A program made the position numbers and the translations under genes. A DNA stretch of 64,000 nucleotides from the NCBI GenBank assembly GCA_964035545.1, contig OZ037773.1, positions 9,391,751 through 9,455,750 on the forward strand, in the 5' to 3' direction. This stretch comes from Bugula neritina. Taxonomy: Eukaryota; Animalia; Bryozoa. Position 1 is the stretch's first letter. Every line of letters begins with the position of its first letter. Under the pieces are notes generated by a model. The model was not told the origin of the DNA. It made no database searches and was given only the letters and a program-made list of their open reading frames with translations. Positions 61,001-64,000 of the stretch are shown piece by piece.

Positions 61001-62567
61001 ATCAAATATTAATGCATTGAATTCACTGAAAAGAAAAAAGAAAATTTGCAGGTTACTTGCAGTGTTCATTACAATCTATGTGATCAAATAACAGCCGTTT
61101 TACAGTAAGAAAAAGATAGAACAACTCTGGTAGAGTGAATTATGATGGAATATATTAGTGTTGTGAGTTGACAGCTCCAAAATACCTGCAGCAGACATTA
61201 TAATAGCATCAAGAATATCAACAGTTAAACTACATGTGTTTGCAGTTAGCTTAAAGCTGGGTCTCCTATACAAGGTAAGTCTCCACTGTGGGTCAAGTTG
61301 ATAGAAAAGTCATGAAGCTACCAGCTCAACCAAACCTACTAACGGATCAAATTCTCTAGCAGACGAAATACTGCTGGTATATGCAGAGTGAAATTGTATT
61401 GTGTGCAGGGAAATCCATAGGACTACATATTTCATTTGACAAAATTTAACTTTGAAGTTACTAATCATTCAGAGATAATAAATTGAATCAGTTTGAAGGA
61501 AAAATTCAATCATGAACTCAAATTGAAATTATTTGCCTGGTCAGAAAAACTCTTAAACTTTGTAGCCTATAACATTTTATGAGCTGTAAGATTGACAAAC
61601 AGCAGTAGCAGTGTATTAGTAGCACCTAGTAGTAAACTAACAGCAGTAGCAGTGTATTAGTAGCACCTAGTAGTAAACTAACAGCAGTAGCAGTGTATTA
61701 GTAGCACCTAGTAGTAAACTAACGGGTTACTAGGTCATACTGGATGATAAAGACAGCTGCTGAAATATTACAAAATCTGTCAACTTCTGAAGATTTCCAC
61801 AGATAGTCTGTTACACTCATTATAGTAGTGTATATTAAAGTAGAGTAGAGTATACAGGGTAGAGTAGAAAGCTACTGAAATCCAAGCCTGATACGAATAC
61901 ATGATTTACAAAGAATCATGGCAGAAATACACAGAATTGGCCAGAAACATGTTAATTCGATAAACAGTAAAACATACAACCTTTAGTCATAGTAAATATT
62001 GGGCTGATTAAGGTATTACGTTTCAGTTTAGAGTTTAAAGTTCCTGTTTTGTGTTGCAAAATCCTGAATAATTGTTTGTAAATATTGCTAAAGACAGCTG
62101 ATTTGACAAACTATAAAGTCAATAGAGGCTGACTTTACTGATTAAATTAAACTATTGAGTTGACTAATTAATTTAGTGTTAATAGTCAGACTGTATAGCA
62201 GTAACTCAATGATCTCAAAGTGAAAAGCTCAAGGTGTGTTTGTATATTCACTTTTTTCAGTCAGTTAGGTTCAGTAAAATCTAAGTTCTGTAATTATCTT
62301 TATGAAATTTAGTTTGGAGTGGCAGTGGAAATTCTAAGAATTGAGACATTCAAGTGTGATGCTCTATACAGAGGATCTATTCACCTTTGACATGCTGCCG
62401 CTGTAAGCGCTGCTGATATCCTGTGCTGTGAGTAGACTGAGATCCACGCCATTACACACAATCCTGTCACCATTGAGGGGCTGTGTTATGCACTGAGGTA
62501 CATTCTGTGAGCTGCTGTAAGATACTAAGGCTATGAGACTACATAACGCTAAGGCGGTTCGATCCAT
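52061..62567 (-). CDS. Leucine-rich-repeat single-pass transmembrane protein (signal peptide, LRRs, Cys-rich cap, TM, disordered tail)
   Basis: Signal peptide MDRTALALCSLIALVSYSSS at 62567. LRR exons near 60658-60886, 59245-59387, 58817-58958, 58088-58228, 57415-57538, 57177-57267, 56607-56794, 56091-56240. Cys-rich exon 55600-55774. TM across 54905-54956 / 54608-54720 (YLLALILLLVIVWFIL). Ser/Pro/Arg-rich tail exons run to the stop at 52061. Confidence 0.82.
58206..58550. repeat. 39-bp minisatellite x9 made of a duplicated splice acceptor plus exon start
   Basis: Unit TATATCCACCACTGTGTCATATCTGTAAGTAACTATAAT; the minus strand contains TTACAG|ATATGACACAGTGGTGGAT. Confidence 0.93.
58975..59232. 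repeat. ~15-bp AT-rich minisatellite (TACAGTAATATAATA) filling an intron
   Basis: Seen directly. Confidence 0.85.
59388..59590. repeat. 20-bp minisatellite x10 (CTGTAGGTAATAGTTATACA) containing repeated acceptor-like CTACAG on the minus strand
   Basis: Seen directly, starting at the exon boundary. Confidence 0.92.
59735..60473. mobile_element. Non-autonomous TIR element with CAC...GTG ends (Transib/CMC-like)
   Basis: Ends CACTACAGTC / GACTGTAGTG. Second subterminal inverted block AGCCATTTTG / CAAAATGGCT. Flanks TGCCA / TGTCA. GC-richer ends around an AT-rich core. Confidence 0.6.
61598..61723. repeat. 41-bp tandem repeat x3
   Basis: AACAGCAGTAGCAGTGTATTAGTAGCACCTAGTAGTAAACT, three copies. 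Confidence 0.9.
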
Positions 62568-64000
62568 CGCTCTGTGAGAATCTAGAAACAGGAGAATTGC
62601 ATTTAGCTGCAGCAGTAGTCCAAGTGTGAATACTGTAGGTGGGCACATTAACAGAGAAATGTAGCAACAGGAGTTATGCTTTCATGTGAGTTTCAACATA
62701 CACCCAAAAACCAAATGAATAAAGAAAATTAAAGAACTTGAGCTATTGAAAATTCTTTGTCATTGATGGGAGAAAAGAAGAAAAAAATCATGTAAATATA
62801 CGTTTTAATTGAATCAGTTTAGAAGTTTACAAGCTCTATATCTCAATCTACCAAAACCAAATGTTCCCAGAAGAGATTACAATAGAAAATTATTAAACCG
62901 AACTCTGCTAGAAACTATAAACAATACCTGAAATAATGCTGAAAGAATGCTTCACAAAATTTGACCTGTAAATCGTAATATTTCACCTCAAGGCGTGGAG
63001 GTTTTCAAACCGCAATATATTGTCAATATTATGAATAATGTTGTCAATATTACAAACAGTATTTTTTATCCCCTCCCAAACCTGTGGGGGTGGGTGACAA
63101 GGAGTAAAGGGGTGTGTCAGTCAAAGTGATTAAAAGTCAGCACCTATTAAAGGCAGCATATAGAGGCAGCTATGCAAGTGAAATAAGCTGCCAGATCAAA
63201 TAACAAATATAATTCTAAATTACATTAAGTAGAACAGTTCACTGACCAAATCTTCATTAGAAATCAGGCTAACAAATAAAGCTTAGTTGTTGAGGAGCTG
63301 TGAAGGTGAGCTTAATAATAGAAGTTACCTTACCTTGAACAAAATAAAGACAATAGTCACAATAATATCCAGAGTAGTACAAAGTCAGCGTGACTGAACA
63401 AGCAGCATATGAAGTCAACCCCTGCAGCTGTGAGGATTGAGTCAGCAGTGAATAGTATTAACAGCATAATTATATTTAATTATTACCAATAAATTATCAC
63501 CCTGAATGAGTGATGACTCAATAATAGGAAACTGAAGAATAAAGCTGAGGGTTTGTAGACCACCAGTGATATGGGGTCACGCCATGTGGCCATAAGAGTG
63601 GCCATAGTATGGTATGCTGTGGACTTTAGCACTGCGGTGTGTCATATTGACTAATCTAATAAATTCTACTAGTTTACACTTTTGTAAGCTTCTGCAGGCA
63701 GAATGAGAATGTGTGCCTTTAATAATCACCTAATATGGTCAGTTAAAGAGCTTGCAGTCACGTGATGTGACTTATACACTAGCAACACTTTGGGCAGTTT
63801 AAAGAAAGCTTTAAATATTGTTTCCAAGTCATAATATAGATAAAACTAATTATAACGAGTGTTGAACACCACAAAATCAACTAAAATACTGCATAGTTCC
63901 AATATTAAGGAAAAAGAATCTGTATTAAGTGAAGCAAAAAAAATATTTAGCTTATAGTAGAGGTGAAAAAATTTCAAATCTTCTGAGTATATACTATATA

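Overview
AT-rich, intron-rich eukaryotic (invertebrate-like animal) genomic DNA. Gene models were spliced by hand using GT/AG boundaries and phase matching. 1-25 kb is a tandem array in which the same intronless 814-nt exon, encoding six unusual 39-aa ankyrin repeats, plus a short linker exon is joined to different effector modules. Copy 1 carries an intact non-RD Ser/Thr kinase. Copy 2 carries the same kinase inactivated by an 8-bp frameshift. Copy 3 carries a complete caspase domain (THG / QACSG). After copy 3 come two orphan kinase exons beside a ~600-bp foldback. This looks like a modular sensor-plus-swappable-effector locus for immunity or cell death (inference). 26-39 kb holds three paralogous Cys-rich four-transmembrane genes, one with a ~500-aa Pro/Tyr-repeat tail. 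39-50.5 kb is a large uncharacterised multi-exon gene. 52-62.6 kb is an LRR single-pass receptor with no recognisable TIR domain. Also present: a hAT MITE, a CAC-ended TIR element, a loopless palindrome, a tRNA-derived fragment and many micro/minisatellites, several seeded from splice sites.
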